DNA from: a virus
Taxonomy: Duplodnaviria > Heunggongvirae > Uroviricota > Caudoviricetes
DNA: 64,000 nucleotides
Reading direction: 5' to 3' (one strand)
IMG/VR virus record: IMGVR_UViG_3300042564_004737
Part shown: piece after piece, positions 34,450 to 43,799 of the stretch
How the letters are laid out: the number at the start of each line of letters is the position of its first letter
How positions within the stretch are numbered: position 1 is the stretch's first letter
Made by a program: the position numbers and the translations under genes
The notes under the pieces: generated by a model
Database searches by the model: none
Seen by the model: the letters and a program-made list of their open reading frames with translations, nothing else
Told to the model about the DNA's origin: nothing

Positions 34450-35358
34450 TTAAGCAAATACAGGGCCGTTGTTTCCGGTGCAGAACCATTTGCTGGCAAT
34501 GTACTGTAAGGTACATGCTTGGCCAATTGCAGAAAAGGTAATTGTTCCAGTGCCAGATGTTTTCCATCCAGCATTGGTCACTGTGATCACCATGTCGCCA
34601 CCGTCAGCAACCATGGCAAAAGTTTTGATCTGTCCATCAACGCCAGCGGCCAGTGTGGCTGTTTCAGCAGCACTGGTTGTAAAATAGCTGGTGGCAAGGG
34701 TCAAACTGGCCGCGGCCGATGCAGCTAAATCTTCACTGGACGACACAAACAATGGATTGACGAATCTATTGCGTGGACGAGTCAGTTCACTTAGGTAAAC
34801 AGTTGAACCGCCATCTTCAGTATGGAATTGGAATTCGTATGTGCCTGTTTCGGTAAAAGTAATGACATTGCTTGCAATACCTTGGATACCTGAAACGCTG
34901 GCAGCAGAAGATCCTGTGCCCACTGCTGCTGGTAATGTTAGAGTGTGTGCTGTACTGGACACAGTAACTCGCACAATCACAAAGCTCAGTGTGCCTGCTG
35001 CTGAAAAATTACTGAATGCCAAACTGATGCTGCCACCAGTTGTCACAGTTTGATAGTGTCCGTTGGCATAGTTGACGCCAACTGAACCGGTGAGTGTTCC
35101 CAACGCTGCCCGTGTTTGGGAAAAATCTTGTATCTGAGCATTGCTCAACAAGGATCCGTTCATGTTGTTGTCCAGCACAGTTCCTGTGAGTGCTGCTTTT
35201 AACACAACTTTGCTTTGCAGGTCGTTGATTTCATCAGCAGCATACTGGAAATTGGTTTTGGTATTTGTGAAGTTATCACGAAAACCTTGCGAATTGTTAT
35301 CTTGCCCGGCAACTGGGTAAGCGCCGTCGATGTTGTTTGGGTTAATTGCACTGGTCAT
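34450..35358 (-). CDS. Virion structural (tail/baseplate) protein
   Basis: YPVAGQDNNSQGFRDNF N-terminal coiled coil, Thr/Ser/Ala beta-rich body; TAAATA at 35383-35388. Confidence 0.7.
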   Translation of the reverse strand: MTSAINPNNIDGAYPVAGQDNNSQGFRDNFTNTKTNFQYAADEINDLQSKVVLKAALTGTVLDNNMNGSLLSNAQIQDFSQTRAALGTLTGSVGVNYANGHYQTVTTGGSISLAFSNFSAAGTLSFVIVRVTVSSTAHTLTLPAAVGTGSSAASVSGIQGIASNVITFTETGTYEFQFHTEDGGSTVYLSELTRPRNRFVNPLFVSSSEDLAASAAASLTLATSYFTTSAAETATLAAGVDGQIKTFAMVADGGDMVITVTNAGWKTSGTGTITFSAIGQACTLQYIASKWFCTGNNGPVFA

Positions 35359-35422
35359 AATATGTCCTAAGTTATCTTTAAATATTTATCAAAACTGTAT
35401 TCTGCTTAAAAAATACTGAATT

Positions 35423-36319
35423 TTAAGCGTAGTAGCTGATTGTTATGCGCCCAGCAGTGCCAGCGCCGCCATTGGCGCCACCGCCATTTGTGCCTGGAAT
35501 TTGTGTACCACCGAGTGGAACCAAGCTATTACCGTTTTCCCCAGAATATGCGCCATTATCGCCGGCAACCACGTCTCCGCCTAGACCGCCATTATAACCG
35601 CCACCACCACCGCCACCACCACCACCGTCACCAGATTTGTTAGTGCCGTTGCCGCCGTTGACTGTGCCAGCCTGGCCAATTACGCCATTGGCTCTTCCGT
35701 CAGATTGTACCCCGGCACCTCCACCACCACCGCCACCATTGGCCACAGCTTTGGAAACTCCGTTGACCTGTAACACTGTTGCGCCCCCACCGCCACCACC
35801 TGATCCGGAACTACCTCCGGCTCCGGAACTTCCACCAACGCCTCCATTATAACCAACAGATGAAGACCCGCCGCCGCCGCCAGGTCGACCGCCGCCATTT
35901 AAGCCTCCTCCACCTCCGCCACCAATGGAAATAATCACAGTATCTCCTCCTGCAGCACCGGTTACATTTCCTGCAATAATTCGACCAGGAGATCCGGGAT
36001 AGCCATTTCTAGCAGCGTCATTTCCGCCACCTCCGCCACCACCTCCGAGCATATCAGTAACAACAATGTTTCCGGCAAACGTCAGTGGTAGAGTGATTGT
36101 GATGTCGGTAGTATAAGTGAAAGTGTATAGTGAAAGTTTACGGGCACCGTAAAAGTTGCTGATTGATATTGGCCCAGATGTGGGCACATTAGGTGCAAAA
36201 CTACTACTGGGCACATAGATGCCGCCTTTGTAATACTCGCCAAGACCAACAGGGGCTGATCCTCCAAACTCGGCTTGGATGTCAGTGAGACTGAGAGGGC
36301 CCGAACTAGGCAACGTCAT
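35423..36319 (-). CDS. Glycine-rich tail-fibre tip/adhesin-like protein
   Basis: MTLPSSGPLSLTDIQAEFGG N-terminus and multiple poly-Gly tracts. Confidence 0.7.
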   Translation of the reverse strand: MTLPSSGPLSLTDIQAEFGGSAPVGLGEYYKGGIYVPSSSFAPNVPTSGPISISNFYGARKLSLYTFTYTTDITITLPLTFAGNIVVTDMLGGGGGGGGNDAARNGYPGSPGRIIAGNVTGAAGGDTVIISIGGGGGGGLNGGGRPGGGGGSSSVGYNGGVGGSSGAGGSSGSGGGGGGATVLQVNGVSKAVANGGGGGGGAGVQSDGRANGVIGQAGTVNGGNGTNKSGDGGGGGGGGGGYNGGLGGDVVAGDNGAYSGENGNSLVPLGGTQIPGTNGGGANGGAGTAGRITISYYA

Positions 36320-37368
36320 TATATTGATCCAAATGCAGTGACATTGCCTTTGGCTGTGAAGTTTCCGGCGCTGTCCAAGGTAGCAATGGTAGTGTTGTTA
36401 TAGCTGAAATATAAAATTCCACTAGACTCATTGATGGTAAAGCCGCCAGCACTTACACTGTTTGCAACCAATGCATTTCCGCAATTGCCCACAATTAAAC
36501 CGGCAGCAATGCCAGTTAGTCCGGATCCAGACCCGTTGAAAGCAGAAGCTGTAACTGGCCCCACTGAGACAATATTTGCAGCAGTAATGCTTCCTGTTGC
36601 AGTGATTGATGCAGCGCTGACATTTCCTGTGGCGCTTACTTGTCCACCAGTACGGATATTGCCACCAGTGATATTGCCAGTGGCCACCACGGTACTTCCA
36701 GTTGAGAAGCCGCCACCGGTGACAGTGCCCACTGCAACAATACCCCCTGTAAGAAAAGCATTGGCAATATATGCTGATCCCCAATAGTTACTAGTACCAC
36801 CTAAACTTAGTGTGCCATTGGCTGTGGGAGTAATTGCAATATTACTTTGCCAACTGGTGGTCAAATTATTAAATTGCCATTTGGCTATGTTACTAGAACC
36901 AACTAGTAACCCGCCATTGTTCAATGCTGACCCAGTGCTTTGATTGTTACCAACTGTGATAGTTAAATCATTTGTAGTAATTGTGTTTGAATTTTGTGAA
37001 GTGGTGGTGCCTTGCACTACCAAATCTCCAATGATCAATCCGTCGCCGGCTATGAATAAATTGCCACCGCTGATATTTCCAGTGCCACTTACTATACCGG
37101 CGCCAAAATTTACATTCCCAACAAAAGTGTTGCCACTGACATTTCCTGTGGCGCTTACTTGTCCAGCGGTTCGTAGATTTGCGCCGTTGACATTGCCCGT
37201 GACGCTAAGAGAAGATAGTATACCAACGCTGGTAATATTGGCCTGTGCAGCATCCGCCACGGTATTGGCCAAAGTAGTGCTGGCTTTACAGCTGGCAAAG
37301 TTTGCATCTAATTCACTCAGTGGTATAGGACCAACTTGGCCTGCAAAAAGGTAAGGAACTGTAGCCAT
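36319..37368 (-). CDS. Tail-fibre-like protein
   Basis: VSATGN(V/I)xGGN repeats; C-terminal G.F.A.G.VTAF. Confidence 0.7.
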   Translation of the reverse strand: MATVPYLFAGQVGPIPLSELDANFASCKASTTLANTVADAAQANITSVGILSSLSVTGNVNGANLRTAGQVSATGNVSGNTFVGNVNFGAGIVSGTGNISGGNLFIAGDGLIIGDLVVQGTTTSQNSNTITTNDLTITVGNNQSTGSALNNGGLLVGSSNIAKWQFNNLTTSWQSNIAITPTANGTLSLGGTSNYWGSAYIANAFLTGGIVAVGTVTGGGFSTGSTVVATGNITGGNIRTGGQVSATGNVSAASITATGSITAANIVSVGPVTASAFNGSGSGLTGIAAGLIVGNCGNALVANSVSAGGFTINESSGILYFSYNNTTIATLDSAGNFTAKGNVTAFGSI

Positions 37369-37412
37369 TAAGTGGTCTTCCTATTGGGGTTAATTTTATG
37401 ATTTGTCATATT

Positions 37413-40103
37413 TTACTCTAAAATATTGCGTTTGGGAAATACAAGGTATTTATCGTAGTCTGTATAGCCGGTAGTGGTTGCGTACATGTCTACTGGTGCT
37501 ATAAACTGCATGCTGCCGCCATCAAACTCTGTGCCAGGCGCAGCAGTGGTCCACGAGGACACAAAAGCTGGGCCTGTTTGACCAAAGTTACTATTGTACC
37601 ACGGCAGTGTTTGTCCCAAACTGTTGACCCAGGAAACTATTACACCAGTCTGGTCAAAAGTAGTATAACTTGGTGGGGTTGGAATCCAATGTGCTTTGGA
37701 ATTTACAGTGCCGCCTGACACATAAATGCCAAGTGTTTTGCCTTGGGGTATTCTCAGTACCACTTGTGTGGTTGTGCATGACACCACATAATAACTGCCG
37801 TTATAGGTTGACGAATTTGCACCAGTAATGGTTACATTTTCACCAGCAACAAATGGCGCGGTGGGTTCTGTACCATAGGTTACAACCAGTGTTCCTGCAC
37901 CGACGGTGACGGTGGCGATGTCCAGGCTAAATGTATCCGGATCCCAATGCTTAGTTAATGTTCGATCTAGCTCGTATCGGTCAACTTCAAAGTCAACCAA
38001 GTTTAGTTGTTGTCCAAATTGTGTACGGATGTTGTAGGCAATCTGTCCACTGTTGCCCGGTGTCACATAGGCAATCACCCAGGCCGGAGTAAATCCCAAC
38101 ACACGCCCATTGGCCTGCGGAGACAACATCCAGCGTGGTAGCAAGTTACTGACTTGTCCCACAGTGTCAATGACTTGATTACGCATGTTTATCAAACTGT
38201 TTGGAAATACTGTGTCAATTTCTGTGCTGTCATTGGCATTGATAGGATATGGTAACACCACTTCTTTGCTGACACTTTCGCCACGGTCATTGACCAAATT
38301 GTCAATGATACGACTATAAACAACTTCATATATGACATTGCCAGCATCATCTGTTGCCTGTGCTGTTTCAATGCTGCCTAATACTAGATTTTTCCAATAA
38401 TGGTTTTCGTACAAACTTGAAACATAATCAGCATAGGTAGCAGCCGTTAATCCAAATGCGTGATCGTAAACAACTTGGGTTGCACGACCAAAATTTGGGT
38501 CGTCCTCGCGATATAACAAAGTAGGCGCAATGATGGTTGAATCTTGCAACAGACTGTTGACCAAGTCTCGGTCATTCTGCGGAGGCATTGCTTGAATATA
38601 CAGATTCTCATAAGGCTGGTTGTACTGTCTATCAACTCGGATTGAAAATACTTTGTCAACTCTGACCTGAGTGTTGGTGCTGAAGGCTTCCACTGTGAAT
38701 ACAAATGTAAGATCAAAGGTAGTTGGTGAACTTACGCCTTGATTGTTGCTGGCCACATCAAATACTGTGGCTCCGCCATCCAGTGCAAATGTGTTAAAAC
38801 TGCATCGCCCAGCAATATTACCCGACGGCAACAGCGTCAACCCTTGTGGTAAACTGCTGTTGCTGCCTGATTTCAACTGGTATTCCAACACAATTCCTGA
38901 AGCATTTACTGCTTGCACATACAATATGCTGGTAGAACCGTTGACAATGGTACCCAATGGACTTGGCACCAAGGCCCGATCTGCAGGGGATGCCGGAGTG
39001 AGCCAAGTTATTTCTGTATCTATAGGCCCTTGTACAGTTAAAGAAAAATCTGACCAGACACTGCTGACATCAGGTTCTCCGGCTTGGTATACTCGAACTT
39101 GAAAATCATATATGTTTTCTTGCAGGCCTTGGCTGGGAATATAACCGTACAACCACCCAGTTCCAGGATCCAACTCCAATCCAATTGATGCTAATTCTAC
39201 CGCACTATCTGACACATAAACAATTGGATATCCGTCGGCCTGTACTGCATTGAATTTGAATGCAAAATAATTGTCACTGCGAACAGTGCCAACACTGCCG
39301 GGCAGTGTCAACAATACAGGAACTCTGATTGGTGTACCATCTGCTGTTACAAAAGTATTGTCGGCTGTGATGTCCGTGGTGTCGGCTGTTAGGCTGTTAC
39401 GACTCAGCACTTGAATATTAAATGTTCTCAATGCACTGGCTTTGCCATCTGTCAACTCAAGCACAAACTCGTAGGTTGCATTGTTGCTCTGTGTGGGGAA
39501 ATCAAACGGAAATTGTGAAAATCCCTGACCGTCTCTGCTGAATCCAGCTGTTGCTGAGTTTGGTGCCACTGGTTGAACAAAGCCTGTGATCAGGCCAGTC
39601 AATGAAATGCTAGTGCCCGGCGGCAATGTGCCTGCTGCCAATTTTACAATTGTAATATCAGTAGCGTCCGAATCCACATATTGAATTTGTAAATCTGTTA
39701 TTAGGGTTCCGTCAAACACTGTGGCAATGGTGCCTGATGGTGTAACAAATTCCGGAGCATCTTGTCCAGCAACAGTGATACTAAATGTTCTATCTGCCAA
39801 CCGATTGATTACGGTGACATTTCCAATGGTTGTTGTGGTGTATGCTCGCACAGCAAATCTACTAGTGACATCACGGGCAACTTCTGATGGAACACCCTGC
39901 ACATTGGCAATGGCTTTTGGTATACCAACAATCAGTCCATTGGCAGCAACTTGCACACCATTGGGCAGTTCACCTGCAATGACCTGATACAGTACAGGAG
40001 TACCCAACTCTGGCTCTTCGGCCAGCAACGGAAACTGAAAAAACACACCTTCGGGGTATGTTCCTAAATTACCAGCAGGAGTAAGCCAAACCGGTTGTGC
40101 CAT
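37413..40103 (-). CDS. Large baseplate/virion protein with Ig-like repeats
   Basis: Repeated W.TP.G.LGT and G.LP.G..L...G.I.G units, 896 aa. Confidence 0.7.
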   Translation of the reverse strand: MAQPVWLTPAGNLGTYPEGVFFQFPLLAEEPELGTPVLYQVIAGELPNGVQVAANGLIVGIPKAIANVQGVPSEVARDVTSRFAVRAYTTTTIGNVTVINRLADRTFSITVAGQDAPEFVTPSGTIATVFDGTLITDLQIQYVDSDATDITIVKLAAGTLPPGTSISLTGLITGFVQPVAPNSATAGFSRDGQGFSQFPFDFPTQSNNATYEFVLELTDGKASALRTFNIQVLSRNSLTADTTDITADNTFVTADGTPIRVPVLLTLPGSVGTVRSDNYFAFKFNAVQADGYPIVYVSDSAVELASIGLELDPGTGWLYGYIPSQGLQENIYDFQVRVYQAGEPDVSSVWSDFSLTVQGPIDTEITWLTPASPADRALVPSPLGTIVNGSTSILYVQAVNASGIVLEYQLKSGSNSSLPQGLTLLPSGNIAGRCSFNTFALDGGATVFDVASNNQGVSSPTTFDLTFVFTVEAFSTNTQVRVDKVFSIRVDRQYNQPYENLYIQAMPPQNDRDLVNSLLQDSTIIAPTLLYREDDPNFGRATQVVYDHAFGLTAATYADYVSSLYENHYWKNLVLGSIETAQATDDAGNVIYEVVYSRIIDNLVNDRGESVSKEVVLPYPINANDSTEIDTVFPNSLINMRNQVIDTVGQVSNLLPRWMLSPQANGRVLGFTPAWVIAYVTPGNSGQIAYNIRTQFGQQLNLVDFEVDRYELDRTLTKHWDPDTFSLDIATVTVGAGTLVVTYGTEPTAPFVAGENVTITGANSSTYNGSYYVVSCTTTQVVLRIPQGKTLGIYVSGGTVNSKAHWIPTPPSYTTFDQTGVIVSWVNSLGQTLPWYNSNFGQTGPAFVSSWTTAAPGTEFDGGSMQFIAPVDMYATTTGYTDYDKYLVFPKRNILE

Positions 40104-42161
40104 TTATAGTCTTCCTACAACAACTTCAATAATGTTATCGCCCACAGATTCCTCCAGGGCCTTGCCAATGATGGTGCCTGTAATGGGATCTTGTTTTGGT
40201 CTAGCATAGCCGTCACCAGCACTCACCAACATGTCACCTTTGCGGACGGTGCCGCGTACTCGAACTGGCACACGGCCGATCAGTGCCACTGCTACCACAT
40301 GTTCGCCAGTCAAATGACTGTTCATCAAATGTGCTGGATGGGTAGACACAACCCCAGCTATGCGCCGGGTTTCATCTGATGCGATGGTAACTTCTGCTGT
40401 GCCGCCAAATTCAACCACAGTACCAGGAGCATACGCAGCATCAGCTAGATAATTTTCTGCTAGATCAGCGTATTGTGCGGAAGTTGCAACACCAACAAAC
40501 GATGTACCAGTTACTGTACCACTGACACTGACACTTGCGCCAGCAATGATACCAGGAGTTGTAATGTTGCCGCCTGCTACATTGCCAGTGGCATATATAG
40601 CAGCAGTTGAATTGACATTGCCGCCTTGCACATTGCCGGTGGTAACAATCTGGCCAGCGGATGTAATGTTGCCGCCTGTGACATTGCCAACTGCTAAGAA
40701 TCTTCCTGACAAGTAGATGTTGGCAGCATTGACATTTCCAGTGGCAGATACTACGCCAGCATTGACATTGCCACTGTCAACATTGCCAGTGATGCTGGCA
40801 GCAGGTCCACTGAAGATTCCCACTGCCACTATGTTGCCGCCGCGCACATTGCCTGTAACAGAAGCAACGCCACCAGTGACCAAATTAGCACCAGTCACAT
40901 TTCCAGATGTGCTGATTTCACTATTAATAACACTGTTGCCAGTGGTTAAATTGGTGCCAGTTATATTGCCATATGTAAAAATGTTACCGCCTCTGACATT
41001 TCCAGTGGCACTGATTAATCCACCAGTCAGCACATTGCCGCCGGTGATGTTGCCAACAGCCGACATTTGTTGTCCAGCATTGACATTGGTACCTTGCACA
41101 TTTGCAGTGGATACCAGCAGTCCACCAGTGGTGATATTGCCGCCTGTGACATTGCCAGCTGCTATAAATCGTCCTGTTAGATAAGCGTTTGCTGAATTCA
41201 CATTTCCTGTGATGTTGGCATTGCCGGTTAGTTCTAATCCAGCTGGGTTGACTATCATCAAGTTTGCAGTGCCGTCAACGTCCATGACAATGTTGCCAGC
41301 AGATACGGGAATTTTTAAAAGGGTTGTGCCGTTTTGAATTTGTGTCACAGCCACATTGCTGACCACAGTGACATTGCTTAAGAATCCGCCGTCGCCGATG
41401 ATAAAATTACCCGAGACATTGCCAGCGGCACTGACTGATCCTGTGGCAGATATTGCACTCAGTGCTATGAGATTGCCAGTTATGGTATTTCCCACAACAC
41501 TTAGACTGGTCAGCGCACCAACTGAAGTGATATTGGCCTGAGCTGCTGTGGTCACTGTGGCTGCTGTGGTGGCTGTGACTGCTGTGGTTGCATTGCCCAC
41601 AGTCAACGATGCCGCAGTTCCTGTTAGACCAGTGCCGGGCCCCGAAAAAGCTGCCGCAACAATGTTACCACTGGCCGACACAATGCCGGTGACGTTGACG
41701 CCTGCTGTGGTAAACACTGCTACATTGCCGGTGCCTGCAACAGAAATGTTGGCGTTGCCACTGCCGGCTGTGGTTATGTTTGTGGTGCCATTGATCAAGG
41801 CCACAGGCGCAGATGCAACGACGCCAGTTAACAAACTGCCATTGCCAATAAAAAATGAGTTGCTGGTTATGTTTCCCGTGGCAGACAGCACAGCTACATT
41901 GGCCACTGCTGCATTTGGAACTTCTCTCCAAATTATGCTGGAACCGTCGTAGTTTTCAAAACAGTAATAAAAGTATTCTTGATCGTACGCCGTCATGCCT
42001 GCTAGGTCACCAACAGCACCTACCAATGTGGTGGGCGCAGTGGGTTGCGATCTAGCAAAAAGCTCACTAAAATTAGTGTTGGTTTTGATAAATGCAGTGC
42101 GTATAGGATCGCCCAACCCGTCATTGGGAGTAGCGCCTACATTGATAATTAATTGAGCCAT
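40104..42161 (-). CDS. Tail fibre with C-terminal autoproteolytic chaperone-like domain
   Basis: INVG..PNDG.GD.IR.AF N-terminus, 17-aa repeats, C-terminal ADLAE.Y...GTVV..GG...VAL.GRVPV. Confidence 0.8.
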   Translation of the reverse strand: MAQLIINVGATPNDGLGDPIRTAFIKTNTNFSELFARSQPTAPTTLVGAVGDLAGMTAYDQEYFYYCFENYDGSSIIWREVPNAAVANVAVLSATGNITSNSFFIGNGSLLTGVVASAPVALINGTTNITTAGSGNANISVAGTGNVAVFTTAGVNVTGIVSASGNIVAAAFSGPGTGLTGTAASLTVGNATTAVTATTAATVTTAAQANITSVGALTSLSVVGNTITGNLIALSAISATGSVSAAGNVSGNFIIGDGGFLSNVTVVSNVAVTQIQNGTTLLKIPVSAGNIVMDVDGTANLMIVNPAGLELTGNANITGNVNSANAYLTGRFIAAGNVTGGNITTGGLLVSTANVQGTNVNAGQQMSAVGNITGGNVLTGGLISATGNVRGGNIFTYGNITGTNLTTGNSVINSEISTSGNVTGANLVTGGVASVTGNVRGGNIVAVGIFSGPAASITGNVDSGNVNAGVVSATGNVNAANIYLSGRFLAVGNVTGGNITSAGQIVTTGNVQGGNVNSTAAIYATGNVAGGNITTPGIIAGASVSVSGTVTGTSFVGVATSAQYADLAENYLADAAYAPGTVVEFGGTAEVTIASDETRRIAGVVSTHPAHLMNSHLTGEHVVAVALIGRVPVRVRGTVRKGDMLVSAGDGYARPKQDPITGTIIGKALEESVGDNIIEVVVGRL
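40500..41880 (-). repeat. Coding tandem repeat with about 17-aa (51-nt) period
   Basis: FIAAGNVTGGNITTGGL / LVSTANVQGTNVNAGQQ / MSAVGNITGGNVLTGGL / ISATGNVRGGNIFTYGN; boundaries approximate. Confidence 0.75.
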
Positions 42162-42214
42162 TTAGAATCCTCTGGTATTGTATTTACCAGATTACTCACG
42201 CTCGTGGGTTTGTG

Positions 42215-42538
42215 TTAGCCTGGACTAAAACTGCTGCCGCAACCGCAGGTAGATACTGCGTCGGGATTGTTGATAGAAAAACTGGCGCCCATTGGGCCTT
42301 CTTCGTAGCGTATGCTGGCCTTTTCCAAGTATTGATAGCTGATGCTGTCTACCAACACCTGTATTGAGTCATATTCAAAGTCAAAATCATCATCGTTTTG
42401 CTCTTCATCCATTGTGAACCCGTAGCTCATTCCTGAACAGCCGCCGCCTTGCACAAACACTCGTAGTTTGAGGTTGGGATTGCGTTCTTCCGCAATCAAG
42501 TCTTTGAGTTTTGCTATTGCTGTATCTTCTAATATCAT
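42215..42538 (-). CDS. erpA: HesB/IscA/ErpA Fe-S cluster carrier
   Basis: GGGCSG.SY and CGCG.SF. Confidence 0.9.
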   Translation of the reverse strand: MILEDTAIAKLKDLIAEERNPNLKLRVFVQGGGCSGMSYGFTMDEEQNDDDFDFEYDSIQVLVDSISYQYLEKASIRYEEGPMGASFSINNPDAVSTCGCGSSFSPG

Positions 42539-43080
42539 TATAGTCTTTCGTTACAAACGTCCCAGTTGATAATTTTCCAGATGTTGTCAAGGTATGCTTC
42601 TTTGTCCCACTGGTAATCAGTAGCCCACACATGTTCCCACCAATCAATAAGTACGCATATATCTGTACGAACTGCATGGTTGGCAATTGTTTTGATTTCG
42701 CCGCTGGTGCTCAAATATACCCAACCTGATCCTTGGATTTTCATTGCGGCTTCTTTCACAGCCGCTTTAAAATCTTCGTATGTTTTGAACTTTTCTTCTA
42801 TCAGTGCAAGTACTGCACCGCGGGGACGATTGGCGCCTTTGGGAGCCCTAAGCTGAGGGAAAAACTTGTTGTGTAGAAAACTGCCAGCACGATTGAAATC
42901 TGCATTGCCTTCGCCAGCGTTGTAGCGTTTGGCATAGCCTTTGGCCAGATGCCCGTAATGATAGTTGATGCTGTCTGCACTCAACACAGGCATCAGATCT
43001 TTTTCGCCGTAGGGCAAGGGAGTAGTTTCCAGCTTGGCCGGTCTAGTGCTGGCTTCTATTAGGTCAATTTGTTCACGCAT
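42538..43080 (-). CDS. sod: Fe/Mn superoxide dismutase with short leader
   Basis: LPY...L.P, YHY, LHN.FF, GSGW, DWWEH; leader MREQIDLIE; TAAATA 5 nt upstream. Confidence 0.9.
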   Translation of the reverse strand: MREQIDLIEASTRPAKLETTPLPYGEKDLMPVLSADSINYHYGHLAKGYAKRYNAGEGNADFNRAGSFLHNKFFPQLRAPKGANRPRGAVLALIEEKFKTYEDFKAAVKEAAMKIQGSGWVYLSTSGEIKTIANHAVRTDICVLIDWWEHVWATDYQWDKEAYLDNIWKIINWDVCNERL

Positions 43081-43088
43081 GCCAATAT

Positions 43089-43799
43089 TTAGTCCAACGC
43101 TTGTGCATATCTATCTATCCACAACTCACAAGCTGCAATATGTGCATCTTCAAGCGGATGCAGGCCAACTTTGGTAACCTCAAATCCCTTGTTATAACTC
43201 CAGTCAATAAAATTTTGACCTTCAAACAGTTCTAAGTTTGGTTTGACCAATGCTTGTAATTCTTTTACATAGTCAGGAGAATGAATATCATATTCTTGGT
43301 CAAACATCATATAATCCATATATGTTTGTATACTGTTGATATTTTTACTTTTTAAATATGATTGCACAGCAAATATGGTCTGTAAGTTTCTAAACTTGTT
43401 CCACAGAATACTACTGTTAGCACGATGTTTATAAAAATCTATCATGTCTTCTGCCTGCGTGTGTGATACAAGATCTTTTAGTTTTTCCGGAACACAAGTT
43501 GGGCCCAGTGTAATCCATGTTTCGGCTTGTCCAATGTAAAAGTCCCATCGGCTACACCAGGTCCAATTAATTACTGCCAGTGTGTCCTCCACCGGATTAT
43601 TTGCAACATATGAATATATCTGTCGAGCAATATGATCGTTGCCACACCCGGGAATAGAAAATGTTTTGTACGCAACACCTAGTCTAGTTGCAGCTCTGCC
43701 AATCCATCCCAACGACCCATCATTGTTGTGTTGTTGCTCGGATCCGAACACAAAACTGTCACCAAAACTTACTATTTTTTTATCTGACAGATTAAACAT
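43089..43799 (-). CDS. SGNH/GDSL-hydrolase-like protein
   Basis: FGDSFVFG, GCGN, HPLEDAH; paralog at 24395. Confidence 0.7.
   Translation of the reverse strand: MFNLSDKKIVSFGDSFVFGSEQQHNNDGSLGWIGRAATRLGVAYKTFSIPGCGNDHIARQIYSYVANNPVEDTLAVINWTWCSRWDFYIGQAETWITLGPTCVPEKLKDLVSHTQAEDMIDFYKHRANSSILWNKFRNLQTIFAVQSYLKSKNINSIQTYMDYMMFDQEYDIHSPDYVKELQALVKPNLELFEGQNFIDWSYNKGFEVTKVGLHPLEDAHIAACELWIDRYAQALD

Noticed and set aside
35560-35930. CCGCCACCA-type repeats as a possible array or DGR target
   Set aside because: They encode poly-Gly tracts. There are no spacers, and no reverse transcriptase or template/variable repeat pair is seen.
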